A stretch of DNA of 64,000 nucleotides from positions 1,218 to 65,217 of the forward strand of contig JAQURD010000008.1 in the NCBI GenBank assembly GCA_028749115.1, in the 5' to 3' direction. The notes under the pieces are model-generated. The model saw nothing but the letters and a program-made list of their open reading frames with translations, had not been told where the DNA came from and did no database searches. Made by a program: the position numbers and the translations under genes. Of the stretch, positions 38,989 to 49,458 are shown piece after piece. Positions within the stretch are counted from its first letter, which is position 1, and every line of letters begins with the position of its first letter. This stretch comes from Acidobacteriota bacterium. Its GTDB lineage: Bacteria; Acidobacteriota; Aminicenantia; Aminicenantales; Saccharicenantaceae.

Positions 38989-41481
38989 TTAAACTTTTAT
39001 TCTGTAAAGTCTTAAAGAGTTATAAACGACGGTAACTGAGCTGAAAGCCATAGCCAGAGAGGCGATCATCGGATTAAGACTAATCTGAAAAAAGGGATAG
39101 AGAACTCCAGCCGCCACCGGCAGGCCAATAAGATTATAGAAAAATGCCCAGAAAAGATTTTGCCGGATGACTCGCCTGGCCTGACGGCTGAGTTTAAGAG
39201 CAGTCACTACCTTATTCAAGCTTCCGCTGACCAGGTTAATATCGGCCGATTCCATGGCTATATCTGTGCCTGACCCCAGGGCCAGGCCGACATCAGCCTG
39301 AATCAGAGCCGGAGCATCATTGATTCCATCCCCGACCATAGCTACCAGTTGGCCTGACTTTTGAAATTCTCTAATTATGTCGAGCTTTTCCTCCGGCAAA
39401 AGCCCGGCATAGACTTCATCCAGACCTAATTGCCTGCCCACAGCCAGAGCCGTTTTTTTGTGGTCTCCAGTCATCATCACAGTTTTAAGGCCCATATCTT
39501 TAAGCTCTTTAATAATTGAAGATGCCTCCTCTTTCAGTTCATCAGAGGCAGCCAGAAGGCCAAGAAGCCCACCTGTCTCCAAACTGGCCACCCCGACTAG
39601 AGTTTTCCCCTCATTTTCCAGTGCTTCAATTTCCTGATTGACGGCCTGGTTCCATTTTATGCCTGCTGAGGACAGAAAACGAAAATTACCCAGCAAGATT
39701 TTCTGACCCCTGACTTTAGCCTTTATACCCTGTCCTTCTTTAGTAGAAAATTCCTCTGGTTCAGGAATAGATAGCCCTGCTTCCCCAGCTCTCCTGACAA
39801 TGGCTTCACCCAGGGGATGCTCAGAAGCTTTTTCAGCTCCGGCAGCCAGTTCTAAAAGCAGATCCGGTGTTACTCCGGGGCTTACCATAATGTCTGTCAC
39901 CACCGGTTGACCCTTAGTCAGAGTGCCGGTTTTATCAAAAAAGACCAGGCTAACCTCGGCTGCTTTTTCCAGGGCTTCACCACTTTTGATCAACATACCC
40001 TTTTCTGCCGAGCGCCCGGTGGCCACCATGACCGCCGTCGGAGTAGCCAGGCCAAGAGCACAGGGGCAGGCAATAATCAAAACTGAAACAAAACTTAAGA
40101 TAGCTCTGGTCAATGCTGGCTGTGGCCCAAAGTCAAACCAGATGATGAAAGCCAGAATGGCTATTGATATAACTACCGGCACAAAATAGCTGGCTATTTT
40201 ATCGGCCAGGCGTTGAACCGGAGCTTTGCTGGCCTGAGCTTCCTCCACTTTTTTTACAATCTGGGCCAGAACAGTCTCTTTCCCAACTTTGGTCGCTCTG
40301 AATTTAAAATAGCCAGTCCGGTTGATGGTCGCACCGATGACCTCATCTCCAGGCTGCTTAAAAACAGGCAAACTTTCGCCACTAATAACTGATTCATCTA
40401 CCGAGCTTTGCCCCTCTACCACCTGGCCATCTACTGGTATTTTTTCACCCGGCCTGATCACCACCAGATCACCGGCTACTACCTCCTCTGCTGGAATTTC
40501 CATTTCTTTTCTATCTCTAATCACCCGGGCCGACTGAGCCTGAAGCCCGGCCAACCTTCTCAATGATAAAAACGTCCGGCTTCTGGCTCGTGCTTCAAGA
40601 TATCGTCCCAGAAGAACCAGAACAATGATGACTGCCGAAGTATCAAAATAAACATCCGGCTCAAGCCCTGCCCGGTAGAAAATTCCTGGCCAGACAGTCG
40701 CCATGGCTGAATACAAATAGGCAGACAGAGTGCCAATGCTGACCAGCGTATTCATATCGGCTGTCCGGTGAAGGAAAGACAGCCAGGCACCGCGCAAAAA
40801 ACTCCAGCCTGAATAGAACTCCACGATGGTCGCCAGGAACCACAGTAAATAGTGGTTGGAAAAAAAGGGCGGCAGCCAGGGAAGTAAAACCCGGAAGCTA
40901 CCTAATAAAATGGGAATAACCAGAACTCCACCGAGGATAAGCCTCTGCTTTAACCAGGAAAGCTCCTCTCCAGCTTGCCTTTCGGTGCGGCTGATTGGCT
41001 CTGGCCCGATCCCGGTAAGCACCTCATAGCCTGCTTCCTTGATCGCCTGTTTCATCTCAGACAGTCCTGTTTCTCCCGGGATAAATTCGACAGAGACCCT
41101 GGCCAGGGCAAGATTAGCTGAGGCTTCAATCACACCTTTCAGACCCTTCAGGGCTGCTTCTACCCGGCTGACACAGGAAGTACAGGACATACCTTTAACC
41201 GGCAGTTCAACCTTTTCTCTAACAGCCTGATAGCCAAGCCGGTCAATAATTCTAACCAGTTCAGCTTCACTTACCTGCTGCCGGTCAAAGACCACTGAGG
41301 CAATATTACTGGCAAAGTTGACAGAAGCTTCCTCTACTCCGGGTGTTTTTTTCAGGGTTTTTTCTATTTTAAGAGCGCAATTGACGCAATGCAGGCCGGA
41401 AACCGGCAGATTAATCTTTTCCAGCCGGCAGCCTTTTCTTTCCACTTTTTCCTGTCTTTCAACTTCCTTAGCCATGGTCAT
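38989..41481 (-). CDS. copA: Cu(I)-translocating P1B-type ATPase
   Basis: Two HMA domains (CVNC, CTSC), TGES-like SGES, CPC, DKTGT, HP, GDGIND, YN and MAFSS. Confidence 0.95.
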   Translation of the reverse strand: MTMAKEVERQEKVERKGCRLEKINLPVSGLHCVNCALKIEKTLKKTPGVEEASVNFASNIASVVFDRQQVSEAELVRIIDRLGYQAVREKVELPVKGMSCTSCVSRVEAALKGLKGVIEASANLALARVSVEFIPGETGLSEMKQAIKEAGYEVLTGIGPEPISRTERQAGEELSWLKQRLILGGVLVIPILLGSFRVLLPWLPPFFSNHYLLWFLATIVEFYSGWSFLRGAWLSFLHRTADMNTLVSIGTLSAYLYSAMATVWPGIFYRAGLEPDVYFDTSAVIIVLVLLGRYLEARARSRTFLSLRRLAGLQAQSARVIRDRKEMEIPAEEVVAGDLVVIRPGEKIPVDGQVVEGQSSVDESVISGESLPVFKQPGDEVIGATINRTGYFKFRATKVGKETVLAQIVKKVEEAQASKAPVQRLADKIASYFVPVVISIAILAFIIWFDFGPQPALTRAILSFVSVLIIACPCALGLATPTAVMVATGRSAEKGMLIKSGEALEKAAEVSLVFFDKTGTLTKGQPVVTDIMVSPGVTPDLLLELAAGAEKASEHPLGEAIVRRAGEAGLSIPEPEEFSTKEGQGIKAKVRGQKILLGNFRFLSSAGIKWNQAVNQEIEALENEGKTLVGVASLETGGLLGLLAASDELKEEASSIIKELKDMGLKTVMMTGDHKKTALAVGRQLGLDEVYAGLLPEEKLDIIREFQKSGQLVAMVGDGINDAPALIQADVGLALGSGTDIAMESADINLVSGSLNKVVTALKLSRQARRVIRQNLFWAFFYNLIGLPVAAGVLYPFFQISLNPMIASLAMAFSSVTVVYNSLRLYRIKV

Positions 41482-41682
41482 CTGTCCTTTCCATCTTTAG
41501 CTATTTGAAGCGTTAAAAAGATCAAGCCCTATCTTTAGATTAAATCTATTATACACATTTCTTATAGGAATAATATAATTTGCCGTCAGCTGGAAAATAG
41601 CTGCCAGACAGAACCTGGCCGCTGGTTGCCCTGAATAGAAGCCTCCGCTCAGAACGGTCGGCTGCTCACCCGATACCGCCGT

Positions 41683-41711
41683 TTGCTTGCCTGATTTAAT
41701 TGTGCTAAACT
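41683..41711 (+). promoter_or_regulatory. Putative promoter of yebC-ruvCAB-queA
   Basis: TTGCTT-17-TAAACT with TG extension. Confidence 0.45.
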
Positions 41712-41741
41712 TTTTTTAAGGTTCGAAAAGAGGAGAAAAGT

Positions 41742-42497
41742 ATGTCAGGACACTCAAAATGGCATTCTATAAAACATAAGAAAGCAGCCATCGATGCCAA
41801 GCGCGGCAAGATGTTCACCAAGCTGATCAAGGAAATCAGCGTGGCTGCTCGCCAGGGAGGCGGCGATCCGGAGAAAAACCCCCGCTTGCGCAAGGCGATT
41901 GCGGATGCTAAAGGCGTTAATATGCCAGCCGATAATATCAAGCGGGCCATTATGAAAGGCACAGGCCAGCTCGAAGGAGCAGCTTACGAAGAGGTCGTTT
42001 ATGAAGGCTATGGGCCAGGAGGCGTGGCTATTTATATCACCGCTTTAACTGATAACAAGAACAGGACAGTAGCTGAGCTTCGACATGTTTTTTCCAAACT
42101 GGGTGGCCGGATGGGTGAATCAGGCTGTGTGGCCTGGATATTCAAAAGGCAGGGATATATTGATGTAGAAAAAAGCAAGGTCGAGGAAGAAAAGCTGTTG
42201 GAAATTGCCCTGAACGCCGGAGCCGAAGATGTCAGAGATGACGGCAGCAACTTTGAAGTTGTCACCACGCCCGAAAACTATGAAACTGTGATTGAGGCCC
42301 TCAAGCAAAATAAGATTGAAATTGCCGACTCGAACGTTGGCTATCTTCCTCAGAATTATGTCAAACTTGAAGGTAAACAGGCTGAACAATGTTTAAAGCT
42401 GGTGGAAGAGCTGGAAGATCATGATGATGTTCAGAGCGTTTCGGCCAATTTTGATATTGATGAGGAAGAAATCGCCCGTTACTCAGTGGCTGAATAG
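41742..42497 (+). CDS. yebC: YebC/PmpR family protein
   Basis: [31 protein letters not shown]. Confidence 0.97.
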   Translation: MSGHSKWHSIKHKKAAIDAKRGKMFTKLIKEISVAARQGGGDPEKNPRLRKAIADAKGVNMPADNIKRAIMKGTGQLEGAAYEEVVYEGYGPGGVAIYITALTDNKNRTVAELRHVFSKLGGRMGESGCVAWIFKRQGYIDVEKSKVEEEKLLEIALNAGAEDVRDDGSNFEVVTTPENYETVIEALKQNKIEIADSNVGYLPQNYVKLEGKQAEQCLKLVEELEDHDDVQSVSANFDIDEEEIARYSVAE

Positions 42498-42516
42498 GAT
42501 AGAAGTGGCCTGATCA

Positions 42517-43029
42517 ATGAGGGTGCTCGGGATTGACCCCAGTCTTCAGTCGTCGGGATTTGGTATTATTGATGACGAGGCAGAAGTTTTGCAAGCCGTG
42601 GTTTATGGAGTTATCAAGCCAGAACGAGCAGCCACTTTCCCTCAAAAGTTAAATGAAATCCGGACTGAGCTGGAAAAAATTATTGATCTTTATTCCCCGC
42701 AGGAAGTGGCTATTGAAAATCCCTTTTACGCCAGAAATGTCAGGACAGCTCTATCCTTAGGACAGGTCAGAGGGGCAGTTCTTATTGCCGCTGCTTCCCG
42801 CCAGTGTCAGCTCTATGAATACTCTGCCCTGGAAATAAAAAAAGCAGTGACCGGTTATGGCCAGGCCGAAAAGGACCAGGTTCAACGCATGGTAAAAATA
42901 ATGCTTAACCTTGAAGACGACCGGATGCCGCTGGATGCTTCTGATGCTCTGGCCGCGGCCATCTGCCATGCCTACCAGCGGCTGGCTGGCCTTAACCTGA
43001 AACCGGAGAGGAAAACAGGAAAATTATGA
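42517..43029 (+). CDS. ruvC: Holliday junction resolvase RuvC
   Basis: LGIDP, AIE, KKAVTGYGQAEK, DASDALAAAICH. Confidence 0.96.
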   Translation: MRVLGIDPSLQSSGFGIIDDEAEVLQAVVYGVIKPERAATFPQKLNEIRTELEKIIDLYSPQEVAIENPFYARNVRTALSLGQVRGAVLIAAASRQCQLYEYSALEIKKAVTGYGQAEKDQVQRMVKIMLNLEDDRMPLDASDALAAAICHAYQRLAGLNLKPERKTGKL

Positions 43030-43613
43030 TCTCTTATATCAAGGGAAAAATTCTGAAAAAAAAGCCAGGTGAAGTGGTCATCGAGGCCAACGGACTGGGC
43101 TATTCACTGCTGATTCCGCTTTCGACTTATTTCAAGCTGGGCGAAACCGGCTCGTCAGCCGAGTTGCTGGCTTATACCCACCTGACAGAAAATGCCCTGT
43201 TGCTTTTTGGCTTCTATAGCCAGGGAGAAAAAGACATTTTCTTGAAGCTGATCAGCATCTCCGGCATTGGTCCCAAACTGGCTCTGAATGTACTTTCAGG
43301 GATTCAAACCTCTGAACTCGAAGAAGCAGTTAAAAACACCAATGTCACCAGGTTGTCGATGGTTCCGGGCATTGGCCAGAAGACCGCTTTGAGAATAATC
43401 ATGGAGCTTTCCGATAAACTCGAAAAAAAAGAAAAAGTCTTGAGCAAAAGAGGATCAAAAGAAAGAGAAGATCTGGTTTCAACCCTGGTTAATCTCGGCT
43501 TCCGAAGAAAAGAAGCTGACGAGGTGGTAGATCAAACTCTTTCCTCTCTTGGCCGTGAGACTGGTTTCGATCAATTATTGAGAGAATGTTTAAAAAGAAT
43601 GTCAAAAATATGA
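43026..43613 (+). CDS. ruvA: Holliday junction branch migration protein RuvA
   Basis: LFGF, ISGIGPK, VPGIGQKTA. Confidence 0.96.
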   Translation: MISYIKGKILKKKPGEVVIEANGLGYSLLIPLSTYFKLGETGSSAELLAYTHLTENALLLFGFYSQGEKDIFLKLISISGIGPKLALNVLSGIQTSELEEAVKNTNVTRLSMVPGIGQKTALRIIMELSDKLEKKEKVLSKRGSKEREDLVSTLVNLGFRRKEADEVVDQTLSSLGRETGFDQLLRECLKRMSKI

Positions 43614-43668
43614 GGGCCAGGCTAGTGAACAAGATCAGAAAGAAATCATACCCTGATGAGGAGCAGAT

Positions 43669-44688
43669 ATGCCGGCTATTTTGACACCTATCAAAACCAG
43701 AGAGGATGTGCTTTTTGAAGATTCTCTCCGGCCGCAAAAATTTGAAGATTTTATTGGACAGGATAACATCAAAGCTAACCTGAAAATTTTTATTCAAGCG
43801 GCTAAAAAAAGAAATGAAAATCTCGATCATGTTCTTCTCTATGGGCCGCCCGGCCTGGGCAAGACCAGCCTGGCCTATTTAGTTGCTAAGGAGCTGGGGG
43901 TGGGTATTAAGCCTACTTCCGGCCCAGTGATTGAAAAAGCCGGAGATTTATCAGCCATTCTGACCAGCTTGCAGGATAAAGAACTTCTTTTTATAGATGA
44001 AATCCATCGCCTACATCCTTCCTTAGAAGAAATTTTATATTCGGCCATGGAGGATTTTAGCCTGGATGTGATTATCGGTCAGGGGCCTGGAGCTCGCAGT
44101 CACAAACTTAAAATTAAAAGATTTACTCTGGTCGGAGCTACCACCCGGGCTGGCAAAATAACTGCCCCTCTGCGCAGCCGCTTCGGGATTGTTCACCGGC
44201 TCGATTATTATCAGCCAGAAGATCTGAAGAAAATCATCCTTCGTTCAGCCAGAATTCTGAAAGTTAAGGTTGAAGAAGGAGGAGCAGAGGAAATCGCCCG
44301 CCGGGCACGGGGAACTCCCCGGATTGCCAATCGCCTGCTCCGCCGGGTAAGAGATTTTGCTGAGGTCAAAGGCGATGGTCTGATTGATGAAAGGGTTGCC
44401 AGGAAAGCACTGGATCAAATGGAAGTTGATGTTTTTGGCCTGGACGATGTTGATAGAAAAATTTTATATACCATTATGGAAAATTTCAGTGGTGGTCCCG
44501 TTGGTATCAACACCATCGCCGCCGCTATTGATGAAGAGAAGGAGACCATTGAAGCCATCTATGAGCCTTATCTGATGCGCCTTGGTTTTCTGGAAAGAAC
44601 ACCCCGCGGCCGCCAGCTGACAGCTAAAGCTTATGATCACTTAGGAAATCACCAACCGGCTGACCAGCGACAGAAGAAGCTGTTTTGA
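43669..44688 (+). CDS. ruvB: Holliday junction helicase RuvB
   Basis: [32 protein letters not shown]. Confidence 0.98.
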   Translation: MPAILTPIKTREDVLFEDSLRPQKFEDFIGQDNIKANLKIFIQAAKKRNENLDHVLLYGPPGLGKTSLAYLVAKELGVGIKPTSGPVIEKAGDLSAILTSLQDKELLFIDEIHRLHPSLEEILYSAMEDFSLDVIIGQGPGARSHKLKIKRFTLVGATTRAGKITAPLRSRFGIVHRLDYYQPEDLKKIILRSARILKVKVEEGGAEEIARRARGTPRIANRLLRRVRDFAEVKGDGLIDERVARKALDQMEVDVFGLDDVDRKILYTIMENFSGGPVGINTIAAAIDEEKETIEAIYEPYLMRLGFLERTPRGRQLTAKAYDHLGNHQPADQRQKKLF

Positions 44689-44697
44689 TCTTCGGTC

Positions 44698-45750
44698 ATG
44701 ACTGAAAAAATTCTTCTATCTGACTATGATTTCGAATTGCCACGCGAGCTTATTGCTCAGGAGCCTTTGCCGCACAGGGACGATTCAAGAATGATGATCG
44801 TCAACCGTCAGGAAAAAGGTATTCATCACCGCTACTTCCAGAATTTAGCCGAATACTTTGGCCCGGGTGATGTTCTGGTCATCAATGATTCAAAGGTTGT
44901 GCCAGCCAGAGCCTGGGGTCGTCTGGCCAGCCAGCAGGAAATCTACATTGAATTTCTCTTCATAAAAGAAATAGAGCCGGCAGTCTGGGAGGTCCTGTGC
45001 CGGCCTGCCCGGAAAGTCAGACAAGGGGTCAGATTAATATTCAGTTCTGAACTCGAAGCCGAAGTAGTAAGTTCTGGCCAATTAGGCCACCGGCTGCTGC
45101 ACTTCAATTCAAATGAGGTTAAGAACAAACTCAAGAAAATTGGCGTTCCTCCCCTTCCCCCTTATATTAAAAGGCAAAAAGATGACCCAAGACTGAAAAC
45201 GATTGACCGGGAACGTTATCAGACCATTTATGCTGAGCAGGAAGGATCAATCGCCGCCCCAACAGCTGGTTTGCATTTTACCGAGGAAAGCCTCGAGACC
45301 CTGCGAAATAAAGGCGTGGACATTCTGCGGCTAACTCTGAATGTCGGCGAGGCTACCTTTCAGCCAGTAAGAGTTCATGAAATCACACACCACCGAATGC
45401 TGACCGAGTATTTTTATATACCTGAAAAGACAGCTCAAGCTATTAACCTGGCAAAAAAAGAGGGCAGAAAAATTACTGCCGCCGGCACCACAGTGGTCAG
45501 AACATTAGAAGGTTCCTGGTCAGCCGGTCAATTGCCGGCCGGAGAGGGCAGCACAAGCATTTTTATTTATCCGGGTTTTAGATTTCAGGTAGTGGACAGG
45601 CTTCTAACTAATTTTCATCTACCCAAATCAACCCTGATTATGCTGGCCAGTGCCTTTGCCGGCCACGACCTTATCATGGCTGCCTATAGAGAAGCAGTTG
45701 CTCACCGTTATCGCTTTTTTTCTTATGGCGACTGCATGCTTATTTTTTAG
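44698..45750 (+). CDS. queA: SAM:tRNA ribosyltransferase-isomerase
   Basis: PLPPYIKR, AAPTAGLHFT, TNFHLPKSTL, FFSYGD. Confidence 0.97.
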   Translation: MTEKILLSDYDFELPRELIAQEPLPHRDDSRMMIVNRQEKGIHHRYFQNLAEYFGPGDVLVINDSKVVPARAWGRLASQQEIYIEFLFIKEIEPAVWEVLCRPARKVRQGVRLIFSSELEAEVVSSGQLGHRLLHFNSNEVKNKLKKIGVPPLPPYIKRQKDDPRLKTIDRERYQTIYAEQEGSIAAPTAGLHFTEESLETLRNKGVDILRLTLNVGEATFQPVRVHEITHHRMLTEYFYIPEKTAQAINLAKKEGRKITAAGTTVVRTLEGSWSAGQLPAGEGSTSIFIYPGFRFQVVDRLLTNFHLPKSTLIMLASAFAGHDLIMAAYREAVAHRYRFFSYGDCMLIF

Positions 45751-45798
45751 GTTATTTAAGAAAAGGTTTTCCCTCCAATTCCAGCAGTTAGTCCATTC

Positions 45799-47190
45799 TT
45801 AACTTTCAATGATGCCGAGAGGCAGGGTTGTTTTCCAGCGGCCGCGGGTAAAATCAGGAAAAGCTACCGGCTTAGAGCCTTCTGCTACTGATTTTTCAGT
45901 CAGAGCTGAAACGACACTCCAGGCCGCTGCCTCATAGACATTCATATCCATCGGCTGGCCTGTGCGCAGGCATTCAATCAGGCGGTAATCCTCAATAAAA
46001 TCCATGCCGCCATGCCCTCTCCCTTCTCCTTTTTGAGCCAGTTTTTTCCAGAGAGGATGTTCAAACTCAACCGCATATTTTTCAATATCTTCCCAGTCAT
46101 CATCAGGGCTGCGGCCTTCCACATAAATCCGGTCAGGCCATTTCTGCAAAATACCTTTTGTTCCCTGAAGCAGATGTATCCGGTTGTAAGGACGGGGCAA
46201 ATTCGTATCGTGAATTAGAATAATAGTTTTGCCCAGCCTGGTTTTGATCAGAGAAGTATTAATATCACCCAGAGCAAACTTTTCTTCAGCCTGAGGTGAA
46301 TTCGGCCCAAATTTTTCCTCGGCATAGAGGTGAAGACCGAAAGGGGGCGAACTCATGGAGACTAAATAATCAAAGGCATCTCCCCTGTTGATATTCATAC
46401 ACTGAGCGATCGGGCCAAGGCCATGAGTCGGATAAAGATTGCCATTTCTCTTCCAGGAGTGCTGACGCCGCCAGCGTCCTTCTCCTTCACTGGAAAATTT
46501 GACCGCCCTCAAGTCATGGAGGTAACCACCGGCAGCATGAACAATCTCTCCCAGCAGGCCACGTCTGACCATATTCAGGCTCATCAATTCAATCCGATCG
46601 TAGCAGCAGTTTTCCATCATTACACAATGTTTCTTATATTTTTCTGCGGTTTCCACGAGTTCCCAGCATTCCTCCAGAGTAACAGCCGCCGGGACTTCAG
46701 TCGCGGCATGCTTGCCATTTTTCATGGCCGCCACACAAACCGGCACATGCCATTCCCAGGGAGTAGAAGTAAAGACCAGGTCAAGGTCTTCTTCCTGACA
46801 CATTTTCTGAAAATCCCAGGGACCAGCCGAATAGCCTTTTGGCCTGGGAAGTCCAGCCTCTTCCACCCATTTCTGAGCTCTGGCCACCTTTTCCTGATCA
46901 ATATCCCCAATAGCTTTTATTTCCAGGCCATCAATATTCAGAAAATTCTGCAGATGAACCGAGCCCATGCCCCCTACTCCTACCAAACCTATTCTTACCA
47001 CCTCCAGCGGATTAGTAGAAAAAAGCGGTCCGTAATCATAAGAAGGTGGTGGGACTTGACCGCTAGCCTGACTTCCAGCTTCCAGTCTCCGGCCCGCCAG
47101 CCAGAGGCCAGCTGTTCCGGCTAGTCCGAGTTTTAAAAATTCTCGCCGGCTTTTAACCTCCGGTTGAGGCTGATCTTTTTCGTCCATCAA
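45799..47190 (-). CDS. Tat-exported Gfo/Idh/MocA protein, GH109 (alpha-N-acetylgalactosaminidase-like)
   Basis: SRREFLK Tat motif; TPWEWH, MMENCCY, YPTHG, GHGGMD. Confidence 0.88.
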   Translation of the reverse strand: MMDEKDQPQPEVKSRREFLKLGLAGTAGLWLAGRRLEAGSQASGQVPPPSYDYGPLFSTNPLEVVRIGLVGVGGMGSVHLQNFLNIDGLEIKAIGDIDQEKVARAQKWVEEAGLPRPKGYSAGPWDFQKMCQEEDLDLVFTSTPWEWHVPVCVAAMKNGKHAATEVPAAVTLEECWELVETAEKYKKHCVMMENCCYDRIELMSLNMVRRGLLGEIVHAAGGYLHDLRAVKFSSEGEGRWRRQHSWKRNGNLYPTHGLGPIAQCMNINRGDAFDYLVSMSSPPFGLHLYAEEKFGPNSPQAEEKFALGDINTSLIKTRLGKTIILIHDTNLPRPYNRIHLLQGTKGILQKWPDRIYVEGRSPDDDWEDIEKYAVEFEHPLWKKLAQKGEGRGHGGMDFIEDYRLIECLRTGQPMDMNVYEAAAWSVVSALTEKSVAEGSKPVAFPDFTRGRWKTTLPLGIIES

Positions 47191-47360
47191 TTTCTCCTTT
47201 CTGTTTCCTTTGTATTTCAGCTTAATCTATTTTTTAATTTTCATCAAAAACAGCAGATTATTAAGGCTCGAAATCTTGTATCTGTCTCAGAGATTGAATT
47301 CAATCAGGCTTTCCCCTGGACTGCTGATTTTTCTGCTTTGATTTTAGCCCTCCCTCATTA

Positions 47361-47882
47361 TTGCTTCATGAGAAAATCTATATAAAATCATAATCATTGC
47401 CTCACGTAAGAATCTAGACGAAACGTTGTGCAGTTTTTCTTATATCTTTGAAGCCGGAAGAGCTTGGCCTGAAGTCTTTCCGTCTATTTTTTCAGATCAA
47501 CTACATTAAGTTCTTTGTATGTTGCCAGGAGTTTTTCTTTTTGTTCGTCCTCAATGTATGGTGATTATAATAATCTCTGATAAGGGGTCTTAGGGCTATC
47601 ATATCTCTTTATGACCAGGCGGTCTATCCTCTCTTTGCTCTTAAGCTTCATGGTTACGTGGAAGAAATTATAATACAGTCTGGAGATAGAATACAGCTCG
47701 TTCAACAAAGCCAGTTACTTCGATACTGCTCGTTGAGCCTTTAACTCTAATTCGAACTCTTCACGCCCCGGTAGATCTCTATCCTTAGTTTGGCTTGAAA
47801 TCCAGCCAGAAGGCAAAACATTTTCGTCTAGATTTTCTCGTGAAGCAACGAATCAGTTTCGTATAGATTTTAAGTGAGGCAA
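47361..47882 (-). mobile_element. Internally deleted IS remnant (DDE/rve-type transposase C-terminus, doubled inverted end repeats)
   Basis: Minus-strand frame LLNELYSISRLYYNFFHVTMKLKSKERIDRLVIKRYDSPKTPYQRLL* with internal stops; repeats at 47361-47386 and 47397-47423 are inverted relative to 47822-47848 and 47857-47882. Confidence 0.75.
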
Positions 47883-47891
47883 TTCGTCCTC

Positions 47892-47920
47892 TTGACAAAG
47901 CAGAAGATGGTGATTAAAAT
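47892..47920 (+). promoter_or_regulatory. Near-consensus sigma70 promoter of leader-trpB2
   Basis: TTGACA (47892-47897), 17-nt spacer, TAAAAT (47915-47920). Confidence 0.8.
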
Positions 47921-47929
47921 CAAAGCAGC

Positions 47930-48022
47930 ATGAGCAAAGATTTGAGCTTTCATCAATTCAACTTAAGCCCAAAATCTTGCCTTCTATCATCCCTTCTTTC
48001 CTGGTTCTGGTGGGCGGACTGA
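47930..48022 (+). CDS. trpL: Trp-rich leader peptide (30 aa)
   Basis: MSKDLSFHQFNLSPKSCLLSSLLSWFWWAD*; three TGG in four codons just before the stop; lies between the promoter and trpB2. Confidence 0.8.
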   Translation: MSKDLSFHQFNLSPKSCLLSSLLSWFWWAD

Positions 48023-48037
48023 TCCGCCCGAGAACTA
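48002..48037 (+). promoter_or_regulatory. Attenuator-like hairpin overlapping the Trp codons
   Basis: TGGTTCT/AGAACTA and GGGCGGA/TCCGCCC stems with the CTGA loop containing the stop codon; followed by a G-free C/U-rich tract. Confidence 0.65.
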
Positions 48038-48113
48038 TCTCCCCCCATTATTTTATTTATTTTTTCTAATTTTTTTATTTATTTTCAACTTTAAAGGAAC
48101 GAAGGAGAATAAA

Positions 48114-49394
48114 ATGTTGAAGTATGCTTCAAGAGATGAAAAACATCTACCTGCTAAATTTTATAATCTAAAAGCCGATCTGCCAGAATTGCCGCCGCCG
48201 CCATTGCATCCAGTGACCAGGCAGCCCCTGAAACCTTCCGACCTCGAAGCCATTTTCCCCAGAAGCTTTATTGCCCAGGAAATTTCACTGGAAAGAGATA
48301 TCCCTATTCCCCAGAAGGTTCTCGATGCCTATTCAGTCTTCCGCCCGACACCTCTCATCAATGCTTCTAAACTGCAGGCTTATCTGGAGACACCGGCTAA
48401 AATATTTTATAAATTTGAAGGAGTTAGCCCAACCGGCAGCCACAAAACCAATACGGCTCTCATGCAAGCCTATTTAGCCAGCCAGGATGGTGTCACCACC
48501 CTCTCGACTGAAACAGGAGCAGGGCAATGGGGCACGGCTCTAGCCTATGCTGGCTCGCTTTTCGGGGTGAAAGCCAGTGTTTATATGGTCAGAAGCAGTT
48601 TCCGGCAGAAGCCTGGACGGCGAATTATGATGCAGCTTTTTGGAGGTGAAGTGACAGAAAGCCCCAGCCCGACAACTGATTCCGGCCTGAAATATTATCA
48701 GGAAAATCCAGACCATCCCGGCAGCCTTGGTATCGCTATCTCCGAGGCAGTGGAAGTTGCAGTTAAAAATCCTGACGTCAAGTATTCACTTGGTTCTGTT
48801 CTCGATACTGTTCTTATGCACCAATCGATCATTGGTCTGGAAGCTCAATCTCAATGTCAGGAAATCGGTTTTGAACCAGAGATAATTATTGGCTGTGTGG
48901 GCGGTGGTTCAAATTTTGCTGGACTGAGTTTTCCTTTTTTACGCCGCAATCTGAAAGAAAAGGCCAGGACGAGATATTTAGCCATCGAACCAGAAGTCTG
49001 CCCTTCCATTACTGGCGGCGAGCTAACTTATGATTACGGCGACAGCGTCGGCCTGACGCCTCTCCTCTTTATGTACACCCTGGGTAAAGATTTTATTCCT
49101 CCAACCATCCATGCCGGCGGCCTGCGCTACCATGGGATGGCTCCCCTGGTCAGCCATCTCGTTAAGCTGGGCCTGGTTCAAGCTAAAGCTTACCCCCAGG
49201 ATAAAGTATTTCAAGCGGCTGAAATATTTCTAAAAACTGAGGGCATCCTACCGGCACCAGAAACTGCACATGCCATAGCAGCAGTGATCGATGAAGCTCT
49301 ACAGGCTAAGAAATCTGCCCGGGCAGTCAACATCTTATTTAATCTTTCAGGACACGGTTTCCTGGATATCAGTGCTTTTGACAATCAAAAATAA
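48114..49394 (+). CDS. trpB2: Tryptophan synthase beta chain, TrpB2 type
   Basis: SPTGSHK (PLP Lys), TETGAGQWG, GCVGGGSNF, HAGGLRYHG; no adjacent trpA. Confidence 0.93.
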   Translation: MLKYASRDEKHLPAKFYNLKADLPELPPPPLHPVTRQPLKPSDLEAIFPRSFIAQEISLERDIPIPQKVLDAYSVFRPTPLINASKLQAYLETPAKIFYKFEGVSPTGSHKTNTALMQAYLASQDGVTTLSTETGAGQWGTALAYAGSLFGVKASVYMVRSSFRQKPGRRIMMQLFGGEVTESPSPTTDSGLKYYQENPDHPGSLGIAISEAVEVAVKNPDVKYSLGSVLDTVLMHQSIIGLEAQSQCQEIGFEPEIIIGCVGGGSNFAGLSFPFLRRNLKEKARTRYLAIEPEVCPSITGGELTYDYGDSVGLTPLLFMYTLGKDFIPPTIHAGGLRYHGMAPLVSHLVKLGLVQAKAYPQDKVFQAAEIFLKTEGILPAPETAHAIAAVIDEALQAKKSARAVNILFNLSGHGFLDISAFDNQK

Positions 49395-49458
49395 GTTAAA
49401 AATTAAATCTTCACCGGGGAAAAGGCTTATTTCCTTTTCCCCTTCTGTTTTTATTATT

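Noticed and set aside
41585-41685. GC-rich short hairpins upstream of yebC
   Set aside because: Stems are short and imperfect, with no recognisable RNA motif.
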